NCBI GenBank assembly: GCA_037131555.1
Contig: JBAXQU010000004.1
Span: forward strand, 365 to 64,364
Reading direction: 5' to 3'
From: Bacteroidota bacterium
Lineage (GTDB): Bacteria > Bacteroidota > Bacteroidia > 2-12-FULL-35-15
DNA length: 64,000 bases
Positions 19,773-29,184 of the stretch are shown in pieces. Positions within the stretch are counted from its first letter, which is position 1. Every line of letters begins with the position of its first letter. A program made the translations under genes and the position numbers. Below the pieces are notes generated by a model that saw only the letters and a list, made by a program, of their open reading frames with translations, had not been told where the DNA came from and searched no databases.

Positions 19773-22391
19773 ATGAAGATAGGAAGGATACATAGTTGGA
19801 AAAAAGTAGTGGCGCAATTGACATTGCTGATTATACCCACCGCGCTTTTCTTTTTCTACTTGCTTTGGAATCTAAATCGGTATTATAGCATCCTCCAAAA
19901 CGAATGGACTAAACAAGGTTGTTATTATTTAGTGGGCTTGGTGTTCACTACTGTGTTTTATTCCTATCGTTTTCGGTTTTTCACCACTGCATTTGTGCTC
20001 TTTCTGGCTTATTATTTCCTCTATCGTTATGTTGGCAATGCCTCGATAGGAGAGTTCGATGGGTTTTACCTTTCTATTCAATTTATCGTTTTCACCTTTT
20101 TGTTTTCCTTGGGATGGGTGTCGGGTTTTGGATTTAGTAGAAGCCGATATTTTACTATTATTTGGAGTGTCTTACTCTTAACCACTCAAATCATTGTGGT
20201 GAGTAAAACCACCGAAATTAAAACCGATTTATTGATTGCGGCCATAGCACCCGTAATCGCCTATTCGTTTTATATCATTTACACTTCTGAATTGATTCGA
20301 ACCATGAATGAGGCCGAACCCAGATTTACTTGGTTTCTAGCCAAACGAATACTCGGTTTTCTTTTGGTGGTGCTTGTAATTCTGTTGGGCTTGTTCACTG
20401 TTTTTAAGAGTGACTTTAAGGCCATCGAAAAGGAATGGGGCAATGCTCAAGCCAAATACGACAAGGGTGATGGTAAAAGCGAGAACATGAACCAGAAGGA
20501 CCACGATGGTAATATGAGTAATAAAGATCAAACTAAATTATCGGGTTCGCTTAGCAAAGACAAACAATTGGTGTTTGTAGCCAAGCTCGATAATTATTTT
20601 GATGATGGAAAAACACCCAACCCCTTGTACTTCACTTCTTGTTATTATACCAAATTCGACACTTTGACTCAAACTTTCGAACGAGATAGTTTAATGCCAT
20701 TTAATGATTTGTACGAACCCGACCCTTCGCGTATTCCTTTGTATTTTGCTAAACAAGATTCAACGGTAATTAAAAATACTTTTGCTACTAAAAACAGAAA
20801 AGTGGTGACAGCAGATATTTACAAAGTGCTACTTGCACCTAGCAAATACTTAGCGCCATCAACAGCATTCTATTGTCAGCCAATGAGTGTTCCAAAAGAA
20901 TTTAAGGAACAATACAAAAGCACCTATCGGGCGAAGATGTGGGTAAGCGATTTGAATAGTGCTTACTTTATTTATAATCCTGCGGGAAATAAGCAGCTCG
21001 AACAATTTCAAAGCTTGCGATTTAATAAACTTCGTGAGGTGAAAAAGATAACGGGGCCTGATAAACGTTTCATGGACTATTACACTTTTATGCCAAACAA
21101 CGATGATTATAAAAAGATCACCCAGTTGGCAAAACAAATTACCAATAACGCTTCTACACCTATTGATAAAATGATTGCCATTCGCGATTATTTTTTGAGC
21201 AAAGACGAATTCAAACAACCGCTTTTCAAATACTCCGATAATCCAGGTATCCCGGGAATGCCGAGCGCGAATAAACTTACCTATTTTCTGTTCGAAAACA
21301 GAAAAGGATACTGTGCCTACTTTGCTGGTGCCACTTTGTTTATGCTTCGTTCGTTAGGCATACCTAGCAGAGTAGCAGCAGGATATTTAACGGTGGATAG
21401 AAGTAGTAAGAATCCTGGATGGTATTGGTTTTATGCCAATCAGGCACATGCTTGGACACAGGTTTATTTTCAAGGATATGGTTGGATAGATTTTGATACC
21501 ACTGTTCCTGATATGAATACACATCAAGCTACACAACCCGATGGAACACCACCTACCAATATGCCACAAACCTATTTGGTGGCCGATGGTGAAGTGGTGG
21601 AAGTGGATGAACAAAAAAAACAAATTAAAATGACGGTAGAGAAATTGCTCTATCATGATAAAGATTACCAAACTCGTGCATCTGCTGGAATGACCATTGA
21701 TGTTTCGATAGCTACCATTACGGCCGATACTGGAGCGGTGAAACTAAGTGCAATAAAAAAAGGAGTGCACCTCACCGCTGTTTCATTTGCCGAAGCATTG
21801 AAAAATATTTTAGCGGATAAAAAAGATTCGTTGGCTTCTATCATTGCCAAACTACCAATTCCAGTGCCTATTGATGAGGTGAAGATAATGTCGGCAGAAC
21901 AATTAAAAAAACTCAAAAAGAAAAATAATGAAGCGCCCTCACCACCTATCGATTGGATAAAACTAGGTTGGTTGGTGTTAACCATCATTGGTTCATTCGT
22001 TTTGTTATTGTTTTTATCGCCATGGATGATATGGCAATATTTCAACCAAAGAGCTAAGAGCAATGGTAATGCAAAAGCCTACCATGTGTATCGTGCATCG
22101 CTTTATTATTTAAATCAATTGGGCTACGCATGGGATGGTAAAGGACCTCAAGAGTATGCCATGGAGATTGATGCTAAATTTGGAAGTAGTTTTGCGAAGT
22201 TTAATTCATTGTATCAAAAAATAAAGTATAGCTCGAATCCTCTGTCGGAAGCGGAGTTGAAACAAATGAACGAATTCTATCAACCGTTTATAAAACAGAT
22301 TAAAACACAAACCAAGTTAAAAACTCGATTCAGTAAATTTTTAAATATCTATACTACTTTATATTATTTCAATCAATCAAAAACATCATAA
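19773..22391 (+). CDS. Polytopic membrane protein with a transglutaminase-like (TgpA-like) Cys-His-Asp core. The likely start is ATG 19773; the ORF track starts at TTG 19731.
   Basis: About 6 N-terminal transmembrane helices. Transglutaminase core GYCAYFAGATLFMLRSLGIPSRVAAGY...HAWTQVYF...GWIDFD. One further transmembrane helix near the C-terminus. A TTGAC...TATCTTTG promoter-like element lies at 19731-19755. Confidence 0.65.
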   Translation: MKIGRIHSWKKVVAQLTLLIIPTALFFFYLLWNLNRYYSILQNEWTKQGCYYLVGLVFTTVFYSYRFRFFTTAFVLFLAYYFLYRYVGNASIGEFDGFYLSIQFIVFTFLFSLGWVSGFGFSRSRYFTIIWSVLLLTTQIIVVSKTTEIKTDLLIAAIAPVIAYSFYIIYTSELIRTMNEAEPRFTWFLAKRILGFLLVVLVILLGLFTVFKSDFKAIEKEWGNAQAKYDKGDGKSENMNQKDHDGNMSNKDQTKLSGSLSKDKQLVFVAKLDNYFDDGKTPNPLYFTSCYYTKFDTLTQTFERDSLMPFNDLYEPDPSRIPLYFAKQDSTVIKNTFATKNRKVVTADIYKVLLAPSKYLAPSTAFYCQPMSVPKEFKEQYKSTYRAKMWVSDLNSAYFIYNPAGNKQLEQFQSLRFNKLREVKKITGPDKRFMDYYTFMPNNDDYKKITQLAKQITNNASTPIDKMIAIRDYFLSKDEFKQPLFKYSDNPGIPGMPSANKLTYFLFENRKGYCAYFAGATLFMLRSLGIPSRVAAGYLTVDRSSKNPGWYWFYANQAHAWTQVYFQGYGWIDFDTTVPDMNTHQATQPDGTPPTNMPQTYLVADGEVVEVDEQKKQIKMTVEKLLYHDKDYQTRASAGMTIDVSIATITADTGAVKLSAIKKGVHLTAVSFAEALKNILADKKDSLASIIAKLPIPVPIDEVKIMSAEQLKKLKKKNNEAPSPPIDWIKLGWLVLTIIGSFVLLLFLSPWMIWQYFNQRAKSNGNAKAYHVYRASLYYLNQLGYAWDGKGPQEYAMEIDAKFGSSFAKFNSLYQKIKYSSNPLSEAELKQMNEFYQPFIKQIKTQTKLKTRFSKFLNIYTTLYYFNQSKTS

Positions 22392-22393
22392 AT

Positions 22394-23407
22394 ATGGAAG
22401 AACAAAACGTGCAATTGGAAGTGATTTTAACCAATATTCAAAAGTTGGTAACCAATGTAGAGACCGTTATTCGCGGTAAAAGAACACAGATACAATATGT
22501 GCTTACAGCTTTATTGGCCAAAGGACATATCTTGATGGAAGATAATCCTGGTACAGGAAAAACAGTGATGGCAAAAACACTTGCAAAGAGCATTTCGGGC
22601 TTACATCACGATGAAGCTATTTTCAAACGTATTCAATTTACTCCCGATTTATTGCCAATGGATTTAATTGGTTCGCACATATTCGATGATGTGAAAAAGG
22701 AATTTATTTTTAAGAAAGGACCTTTGTTTTGCAACCTCTTATTGGCTGACGAAATCAATAGAGCATCGCCAAAGGTGCAGTCGGCATTGCTCGAGTGCAT
22801 GGCCGAACATCAGATAACTATGGGCGAAACAACCTATCCGTTGGAACAATTGTTTTTTACCATTGCCACTCAAAACCCGGTTGAGATGGAAGGAACTTAT
22901 CCGCTGCCTGCAGCTCAACTCGATCGTTTTTTTATTAAAATCAATTTTGGATATGTGGATGAAGAAACCGAATTGAACATTTACAAAGATTATCTTGGTA
23001 TTCAGAATAATCTCGAACACATCAAACAAGTGTTGAGCATGAAAGAAATCTTGTATCTGCAAGAACAAACCGAGAAGGTTTTTATTCATGACGAATTGAT
23101 AACCGCTGTGCGAAACATTGTTTGGGACACTCGTAAACATCCTGATGTGGTGCTTGGGGCTTCTACCCGAAGTGGAATTATATTTTTGAAATGTTTGAAG
23201 GCTTTTGCTTTGGTGAATGGTAGAACATACGTTACCGAAGATGATGTTAAACAATTGACATTTGCTGTGCTCGACCATCGATTGGTATTTAGAAATAAAG
23301 AGGCGAAACAAAAAGCGCTATCGGCTATCTTGTCGAAAGAATTGGAAAGATTAAGCCGTTTGAAAATAACAACTAATGCCAATACCTACGGACAAAGTCC
23401 GTTGTAA
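22394..23407 (+). CDS. MoxR-family AAA+ ATPase.
   Basis: Walker A (MEDNPGTGKT), Walker B (LLADEINRA) and the typical MoxR length of 337 aa. Its start lies 2 nt after the upstream stop. Confidence 0.8.
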   Translation: MEEQNVQLEVILTNIQKLVTNVETVIRGKRTQIQYVLTALLAKGHILMEDNPGTGKTVMAKTLAKSISGLHHDEAIFKRIQFTPDLLPMDLIGSHIFDDVKKEFIFKKGPLFCNLLLADEINRASPKVQSALLECMAEHQITMGETTYPLEQLFFTIATQNPVEMEGTYPLPAAQLDRFFIKINFGYVDEETELNIYKDYLGIQNNLEHIKQVLSMKEILYLQEQTEKVFIHDELITAVRNIVWDTRKHPDVVLGASTRSGIIFLKCLKAFALVNGRTYVTEDDVKQLTFAVLDHRLVFRNKEAKQKALSAILSKELERLSRLKITTNANTYGQSPL

Positions 23408-23409
23408 CA

Positions 23410-25452
23410 ATGGTGAAACCTAGATTCGTAGTATCATTTATTTTTTGTTTGCTCGTTTATTTTTCTGGATATGCCCAGAGGAATAATGCTGCGCGTTACG
23501 AAATAGATGCAAAACGAATAGGAGTGATGCCCAACGATAAAGATGCACTCCCTCGAAGTCGCGAGTTTATTAGGCTCGACAGTACTTATTATGTAGGGTG
23601 GATGTACGAAGGAGTGTATAAGTTCGAGCGGAGTTCGGATTATTTGGGTTATAAATATGCCATCGTTCCCTTGCGAAAAGCTTTTGATTTGCTCACAAAA
23701 GATTTTGGAAACACGTTCAAAAAACTATTTTCGAGTCCGATGTATTACATGGAAAATCAAAGTAGGTTTAATGATTTATATATAATATCCACCACTTTGC
23801 AACAGGATTATAACAATGTGGAAATGCCCGATTCGGTAATGGCGATGCTGGATAAGATAGATAGTTATCATTTTCAAAAAGACTTTTTCAGCACGTGTAA
23901 CGAACGGGGTTGGTTGTATCATCGCTATCGTTTTTTTAATGGTGATAAATTTGATTTCCTTAAAAACTCGGTTGAAGAAAATGAAAAGATGGCGCTTCAC
24001 TCGTGTTACCAAGGATTTGAAAAGATACAAAAGAATCAAGCTGTTAACGATTATTGGTATGGCCCACATCAAAGTGATGAGGATAGATTAATCATTTACC
24101 ATAACCTTGCTATTATTCATGCTTATAATCAACACTACGATAGTTGCGAGTATTATTATAAAAAACTGGAAGAAGGCAATCGAATACTTTGGGGAAATTA
24201 TGCCGAATTGCAAATGGAGATTGGCAATTTTGATAAGGGCATGGAGTATTTTGCGAAGCATCAAAACATACGCGAACATGGATTGGACGAGCAATGTTAT
24301 TTTGTTCCTATCTTAAATGTGTTTAAAGGAAATACCAAACTTGCCATCAGTGCAACGCTCGATAAGATAAGTAAAAGTGGTTCTATACCTGGCTTTGGTT
24401 GGTATAACATTGCTTTGGCACGAAGTTATTTATACGATGGACAATTGGATAGTTGTGAGTTCTATTTGTCGAAAGCCGCTAATTTCAAGGAGGTGCATAT
24501 AGGTACCACACTTACTCAATCGCAATATGAGTTTACCATTAACCTTTTGAAAGTTCAACTGAATGATAGAAAGATAGCATTGATTAAGTTTCAGAACAAA
24601 GGTTGGTGGTATAGTTTTACGGACGTGTGCAACCTTGTGGCTTTGAAAATTGAAAACTATTTGAATACATATATTGTGGTGAATCAGCTGGCCAATAACC
24701 CCGAACGCAAACGCATTGTGTACGATTTGTTCTGCAACGAATCGACCATAACGTTTGACGAAACGATGGGTTTATTAAAAAACTTTAGCTACTCATACTT
24801 TCAAAATAAATATGTGAATTATCAATTGACCGATAAGCGCAAGAAAATTCAACGGTATTTCAAATTGTTTTGTTCCGAATTGAAATACGAACATGGCGAT
24901 GAACAAGCATCGGCAGCCGAAGCATCGCAACTATTGCAACAAACAAGCGGGCCTGCACCGAACGATACATTGAATGATGTTTTGGCCGATACAGCCACCG
25001 AAAAATTGTTTTATGCGCGGCTTTACGAATTGCTTGCCAAAACTCATGAGGGAGATGACGAAAAAACGAAATACAAGATGTACTGCTCCAAATTCTTCGA
25101 AACCTATCCTCAATTGGTACCTTTTAGCGGACTGAAACTGCCCATGCACCTTACCGTAACTGGCGAGATGGATGAAATGGTGACAAAGGTGATAAAAGAC
25201 CTAAAGGGTGCCAACATCGAATGGGTGAACGAAGCACAAGGCGAGATAACAAGTACCATACAATTTACCAAAAAAGGAAAACAATACGAAGCCATCGTAA
25301 ATGTTAAAACTGCGAGTGGAACTACGGTGGTGAATAACGAACAATTGGTTTTTAAAAACGAAAAAGGAGTGGGGCAGGAGCTAGCTCAAAGGTTATTTGG
25401 CAAAGGTGGTGTGGTGGAGTTCGAAGAAACAAACGATCAACTTCCGCATTAA
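23410..25452 (+). CDS. Hypothetical exported protein (680 aa, probably alpha-helical) co-transcribed with the MoxR and transglutaminase-like genes.
   Basis: N-terminal signal peptide. Starts 2 nt after the MoxR stop. I recognise no domain. Confidence 0.5.
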   Translation: MVKPRFVVSFIFCLLVYFSGYAQRNNAARYEIDAKRIGVMPNDKDALPRSREFIRLDSTYYVGWMYEGVYKFERSSDYLGYKYAIVPLRKAFDLLTKDFGNTFKKLFSSPMYYMENQSRFNDLYIISTTLQQDYNNVEMPDSVMAMLDKIDSYHFQKDFFSTCNERGWLYHRYRFFNGDKFDFLKNSVEENEKMALHSCYQGFEKIQKNQAVNDYWYGPHQSDEDRLIIYHNLAIIHAYNQHYDSCEYYYKKLEEGNRILWGNYAELQMEIGNFDKGMEYFAKHQNIREHGLDEQCYFVPILNVFKGNTKLAISATLDKISKSGSIPGFGWYNIALARSYLYDGQLDSCEFYLSKAANFKEVHIGTTLTQSQYEFTINLLKVQLNDRKIALIKFQNKGWWYSFTDVCNLVALKIENYLNTYIVVNQLANNPERKRIVYDLFCNESTITFDETMGLLKNFSYSYFQNKYVNYQLTDKRKKIQRYFKLFCSELKYEHGDEQASAAEASQLLQQTSGPAPNDTLNDVLADTATEKLFYARLYELLAKTHEGDDEKTKYKMYCSKFFETYPQLVPFSGLKLPMHLTVTGEMDEMVTKVIKDLKGANIEWVNEAQGEITSTIQFTKKGKQYEAIVNVKTASGTTVVNNEQLVFKNEKGVGQELAQRLFGKGGVVEFEETNDQLPH

Positions 25453-25585
25453 GTACAATATCCTAAAAGTTCCCTTTCTTATTGTTTAGGGTAATAAATG
25501 CCTTAGGAAAAAATAATATATAAAGTGTTATTTATCTGCAATTTATGTTATTTAGGAGGTTGTTAAACTCATTTTTGATGTGCCA

Positions 25586-25711
25586 CAAGACAGTTTGGCA
25601 ACAAAAATGCGTAGGTGCGTGGCGCACCAAGACATTTCGGTAACAAAAATGCGTAGGTGCGTGGCGCACCAAGACAGTTTGGCAACAAAAATGTGTAGGT
25701 GCGTGGCGCAC
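25586..25711. repeat. Three tandem 42-bp units, each holding a perfect palindrome GGTGCG-TGG-CGCACC. Lies in a convergent intergenic region.
   Basis: The unit caagacagtttggcaacaaaaatgcgtaggtgcgtggcgcac occurs three times with 2-4 mismatches. The artefactual ORF 25532..25768 reads through it. Confidence 0.65.
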
Positions 25712-25813
25712 CTTTAATTGTGGTTCCAAAATTTTCTTTATGAAACAAAAAAAGTGGGTTAAACTCAATTAACTCACTTCAAATCATAGTACTTTGTACT
25801 TTGTACCGAAAAA

Positions 25814-27121
25814 CTACGGAATAGTAAGACCGAAAACACTTACATCATCGGTTTGTTCGTTTATCCCTTTCCAATTGATAAACTCTTTTAACAATATTTC
25901 GCGATGGTTATCAGGATGATGACTTCCTATTAATGAAATCAACATTTTGAATCGTTGACTGCTAAATTTCTTATTGTATTTCCCTCCAAACTGGTCCATA
26001 AATCCATCCGAAGTCATAAAGATGGTATCTCCCGATTGCAAGTCAACCGTTTGTCTCACCTCGGTATCGATGGTTTCGAGGATTTCTTCCCCAAAAATCA
26101 ATTTGCTTCCTTCTAGTTCAATCAGCTTCGATTTGCGGATGATATACAGGTTGAGTTTAAAACCCACAAACTTTAATTGATAGGCTTTTTTATCGAAAAA
26201 GAAATAACCAAGCTCAACCGAATCTTGATTAAAATTGTTATTCAAAGTTTTTCGAAACTGATTATTCGCCTTACAAATGATGGTGTTTACATCGTTTTTC
26301 AGTTTCGTTCGTTCGAACGATTCGCGCAAGGCACCATAAGCAAGCAACGAAACAAAAGCTCCCGGAACCCCATGTCCTGTGGAATCGGCAATGCAATACG
26401 AAAGATGGTTCTCGTCATTATGATACCAAAAAAAGTCGCCACTCACAATGTCTTTGGGCATGATTAGGGTAAAAGCATTGGGAATGTCTTTCGTAAAATC
26501 GGTTTCGCACGAAAGCACCGATTTCTGAATCAAACCCGCATAGTTAATGCTATCGGTAAGTTGTTTGTTTTTGAATTGTATTTCATGCACCTTCTCATCT
26601 ACTATCTTCGACAGGTTGGTGTTTAAGTTTTTGAGCTGTACGTTCGATTCTTTTAAGCGCAATTCAAGTTCTACCGACTGTATAGCTTCCTTAATGGTCA
26701 TCTGAAAATCCAAATCGTCCACCGGTTTTGTCAACATTCGATAGATATTGGCATAATTAAGCGAGTGGATAATAGCATCCAGTGTAGGGTTTCCCGACAT
26801 CAGAATTTTTTTCGCCTCTGGATAGTACTTCATCGATTCCTCGAGCAGTACATTTCCTTCCATTCCCGGCATCGACAAATCGCTTAAAATTAATGAAACA
26901 GCAATGCCTTTTTGTTTCATGCTTTTCATGAGTTCCAATGCCTCCAAAGGGTCGTTAGCAGTTTCAACGGTGAAGTTAAACTCTTCTACATTGTACAGCT
27001 TTTCCTTAATCGAAAGCATTAAATTAATATCATCGTCAATAATTAATATTCGATGATTTATCACAGATGCCTTGACATCAGTAACAATATCCGTTCTGAA
27101 ATTAGTTCGTTGAGTTGCCAT
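25814..27121 (-). CDS. Response regulator with an N-terminal receiver domain and a C-terminal PP2C/SpoIIE-type Ser/Thr phosphatase (RsbU-like).
   Basis: Receiver region ILIIDDDINL...SDLSMPGMEG. PP2C region with conserved Asp/Gly motifs (IADSTGHGVPGA, MTSDGF). Confidence 0.7.
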   Translation of the reverse strand: MATQRTNFRTDIVTDVKASVINHRILIIDDDINLMLSIKEKLYNVEEFNFTVETANDPLEALELMKSMKQKGIAVSLILSDLSMPGMEGNVLLEESMKYYPEAKKILMSGNPTLDAIIHSLNYANIYRMLTKPVDDLDFQMTIKEAIQSVELELRLKESNVQLKNLNTNLSKIVDEKVHEIQFKNKQLTDSINYAGLIQKSVLSCETDFTKDIPNAFTLIMPKDIVSGDFFWYHNDENHLSYCIADSTGHGVPGAFVSLLAYGALRESFERTKLKNDVNTIICKANNQFRKTLNNNFNQDSVELGYFFFDKKAYQLKFVGFKLNLYIIRKSKLIELEGSKLIFGEEILETIDTEVRQTVDLQSGDTIFMTSDGFMDQFGGKYNKKFSSQRFKMLISLIGSHHPDNHREILLKEFINWKGINEQTDDVSVFGLTIP

Positions 27122-28343
27122 AGTTTTTTAATCGTATAGAAAATACTGTTTTCCCCGGTTCGGAGAAAACATCAATGGTTCCGCCAATCTTAGTAATCAC
27201 ATTTCTGCAAATATCCAATCCTATACCAGTGCCACCTTGTTCTTTTTTGGTGGTGAAGTAAGGCGTAAAAATAGTTTCTTGAATAGCGGCAGGTATTCCA
27301 GGGCCATTGTCCTGAATGGTTACTAACACTTCATCCTTGTCGTTAGCAACGTTCACCGCTATAGTACCTGTGTGATTGGTAGCTTCAATAGCATTTGCAA
27401 TGATGTTGATCCACACATGGATGATGTGTTGAATATTGCCCAAAATAAAACATTCGGCATCGTAAGTGAAACTGAATTTGCACGATTTCAAACGATGTTT
27501 TAATAAAACAATGGATGTTTCGATGGAAGTTTTCAGGTTGAATTTCTCGGTATAGTTTTCGGGCAATTTGTTGGTGTAATTTTTCAGGGTTGTAATCAAA
27601 TACCTTGTTCTGCTTTTAGCTGTATCCAATAGCAAGAACGATTGTTTCATCGACAGCAACGAAATAAGCAGTTGAAACAACAATTCTCCATTCGGTTGAA
27701 TAATAAACGAATTTAGTTCAGCATCCACAGCGTAAATGCCCGAAGAAATAAGAAATTCGGCCGAACGTTGTGGGTTGCGCAATCCATAAGCAGCAAGTTG
27801 TTCAACAAACTTTTCTTTCAACTCGCGCGTATCCTCTTCGTTCGATACGGTGGTGGTGTTCACCAAAGAGTTCACATAGTTCAACACCCGTTGAAACGCC
27901 TTGGTATCCTTTGTCGAATCGGTAAACAACACAAAAGTTTTAAGGATGCGATGGTATTCGGCTTGTAAGTTTTGAGATGAATATTCGATGGAACTAAACG
28001 GGTTGCTAATCTCATGCAAAAAATCAGGAAGTAGTTTGTCCAACACATTCGAAAATTCTTTGTCCGATGATTCTATTGGTGCCGCTTGAACATTTTTCAG
28101 TGCAGCCAGTTCAGCTTTCAATTGCTGAATCTCTATATCCTTTGCATCGATGCTTGCCTTCTGATAGGTTTCCGTTTTCGTTGGAACCTTGTCGTAGTTG
28201 GTTGAAAAATCATCTTTGTTGGTTTGCAGATGCTTCTCTAATATGTTAGCCCTCCTGTGTTGCAGGTTAAGGTGCTGCAAAAACTCTTCGTTTTCGGTAG
28301 TGAATTTTTCGATAGAGTTTGTCTTGTCCGTAGTATTAGCCAT
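27102..28343 (-). CDS. Soluble sensor histidine kinase (coiled-coil N-terminus, HisKA/HATPase_c C-terminus).
   Basis: C-terminal G1/G2 boxes (DNGPGIP, GGTGIGLDI). No transmembrane segment. Overlaps the downstream response-regulator gene by 20 bp. Confidence 0.7.
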   Translation of the reverse strand: MANTTDKTNSIEKFTTENEEFLQHLNLQHRRANILEKHLQTNKDDFSTNYDKVPTKTETYQKASIDAKDIEIQQLKAELAALKNVQAAPIESSDKEFSNVLDKLLPDFLHEISNPFSSIEYSSQNLQAEYHRILKTFVLFTDSTKDTKAFQRVLNYVNSLVNTTTVSNEEDTRELKEKFVEQLAAYGLRNPQRSAEFLISSGIYAVDAELNSFIIQPNGELLFQLLISLLSMKQSFLLLDTAKSRTRYLITTLKNYTNKLPENYTEKFNLKTSIETSIVLLKHRLKSCKFSFTYDAECFILGNIQHIIHVWINIIANAIEATNHTGTIAVNVANDKDEVLVTIQDNGPGIPAAIQETIFTPYFTTKKEQGGTGIGLDICRNVITKIGGTIDVFSEPGKTVFSIRLKNYGNSTN

Positions 28344-28604
28344 TGTAAGTTTTTATCTCTGCTAAATTATAGCAAATAGAATAGCTTTAAAAACGCAAAT
28401 CATTTAATTTATCAACGCGGTTTTGAACAATTAAAGGGGTATGTATATCCCTCATTTTTGCGGATTGAAAGACGATATTGATATCATAAAAATAACGCTC
28501 TCTAATCAACCAACACTTTGTTTCGAATGTTGGTCGAATTATGGAATAAATGGTTGAAGTCATTGAAAAGATATACCTACTTTTGGCGAAATTTTAAATC
28601 TTGT

Positions 28605-29123
28605 ATGACGAAGAAAGGGGCGGTGAGTATAGTGTTTTACCTAGTTATTAATAATTTTTTTGCTCAAACAGATGCTAACAAAGCTAGTCAAGTTTCCCCA
28701 TCCTCCACCACCTCCACAGCCATAAAATCGGATAAAGAGAATCAACTTTATCTATTTACACAAGTGATGCCCTCTTTTCCTGGAGGAGAAGAAAAATTGA
28801 AAGCTTTTTTACAAAAGAATTTCATTTATCCTGAATACGAGCGCGAGCATGGAATTGCCGGCACGGTTAACGTAAGTTTTGTAGTTGAAAAAGATGGACG
28901 ATTGACCGATGTAAAAGTGGTGAAAGGTGTTCCGAAAGGCAGTGGTTGCGATGAAGAAGGAGTGCGACTTGTGAAACTAATGCCAAAATGGAACCCAGGA
29001 ATTCAATCAGGGGAAAATGTGAGGGTACAAATGAGCATACCGATTATTTTCAGCAGTCAGAAACCTTCGAAACCGCAAGAATCCATAAGCAAACCAAAAC
29101 CGAAATCCACCATTAAAAAGTGA
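28605..29123 (+). CDS. TonB C-terminal-domain protein (energy transducer TonB-like). The ORF track extends to 28518, but ATG 28605 gives a transmembrane-anchor N-terminus.
   Basis: The C-terminal TonB_C fold region is YPEYEREHGIAGTVNVSFVVEKDGRLTDVKVVKG. An S/T-rich linker lies between it and the anchor. Confidence 0.55.
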   Translation: MTKKGAVSIVFYLVINNFFAQTDANKASQVSPSSTTSTAIKSDKENQLYLFTQVMPSFPGGEEKLKAFLQKNFIYPEYEREHGIAGTVNVSFVVEKDGRLTDVKVVKGVPKGSGCDEEGVRLVKLMPKWNPGIQSGENVRVQMSIPIIFSSQKPSKPQESISKPKPKSTIKK

Positions 29124-29184
29124 ATCGGTTCTAGTTGCTTTAATTAATTTATAGTGTTTGCCTTCTTCAGGCCAGCACCATTGT

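Noticed and set aside
25532-25768. 78-aa ORF with an internal repeat (VRHAPTHFC x3)
   Set aside because: It is a translation of the three 42-bp tandem palindromic units. It lies in a convergent intergenic region and has no coding signal.
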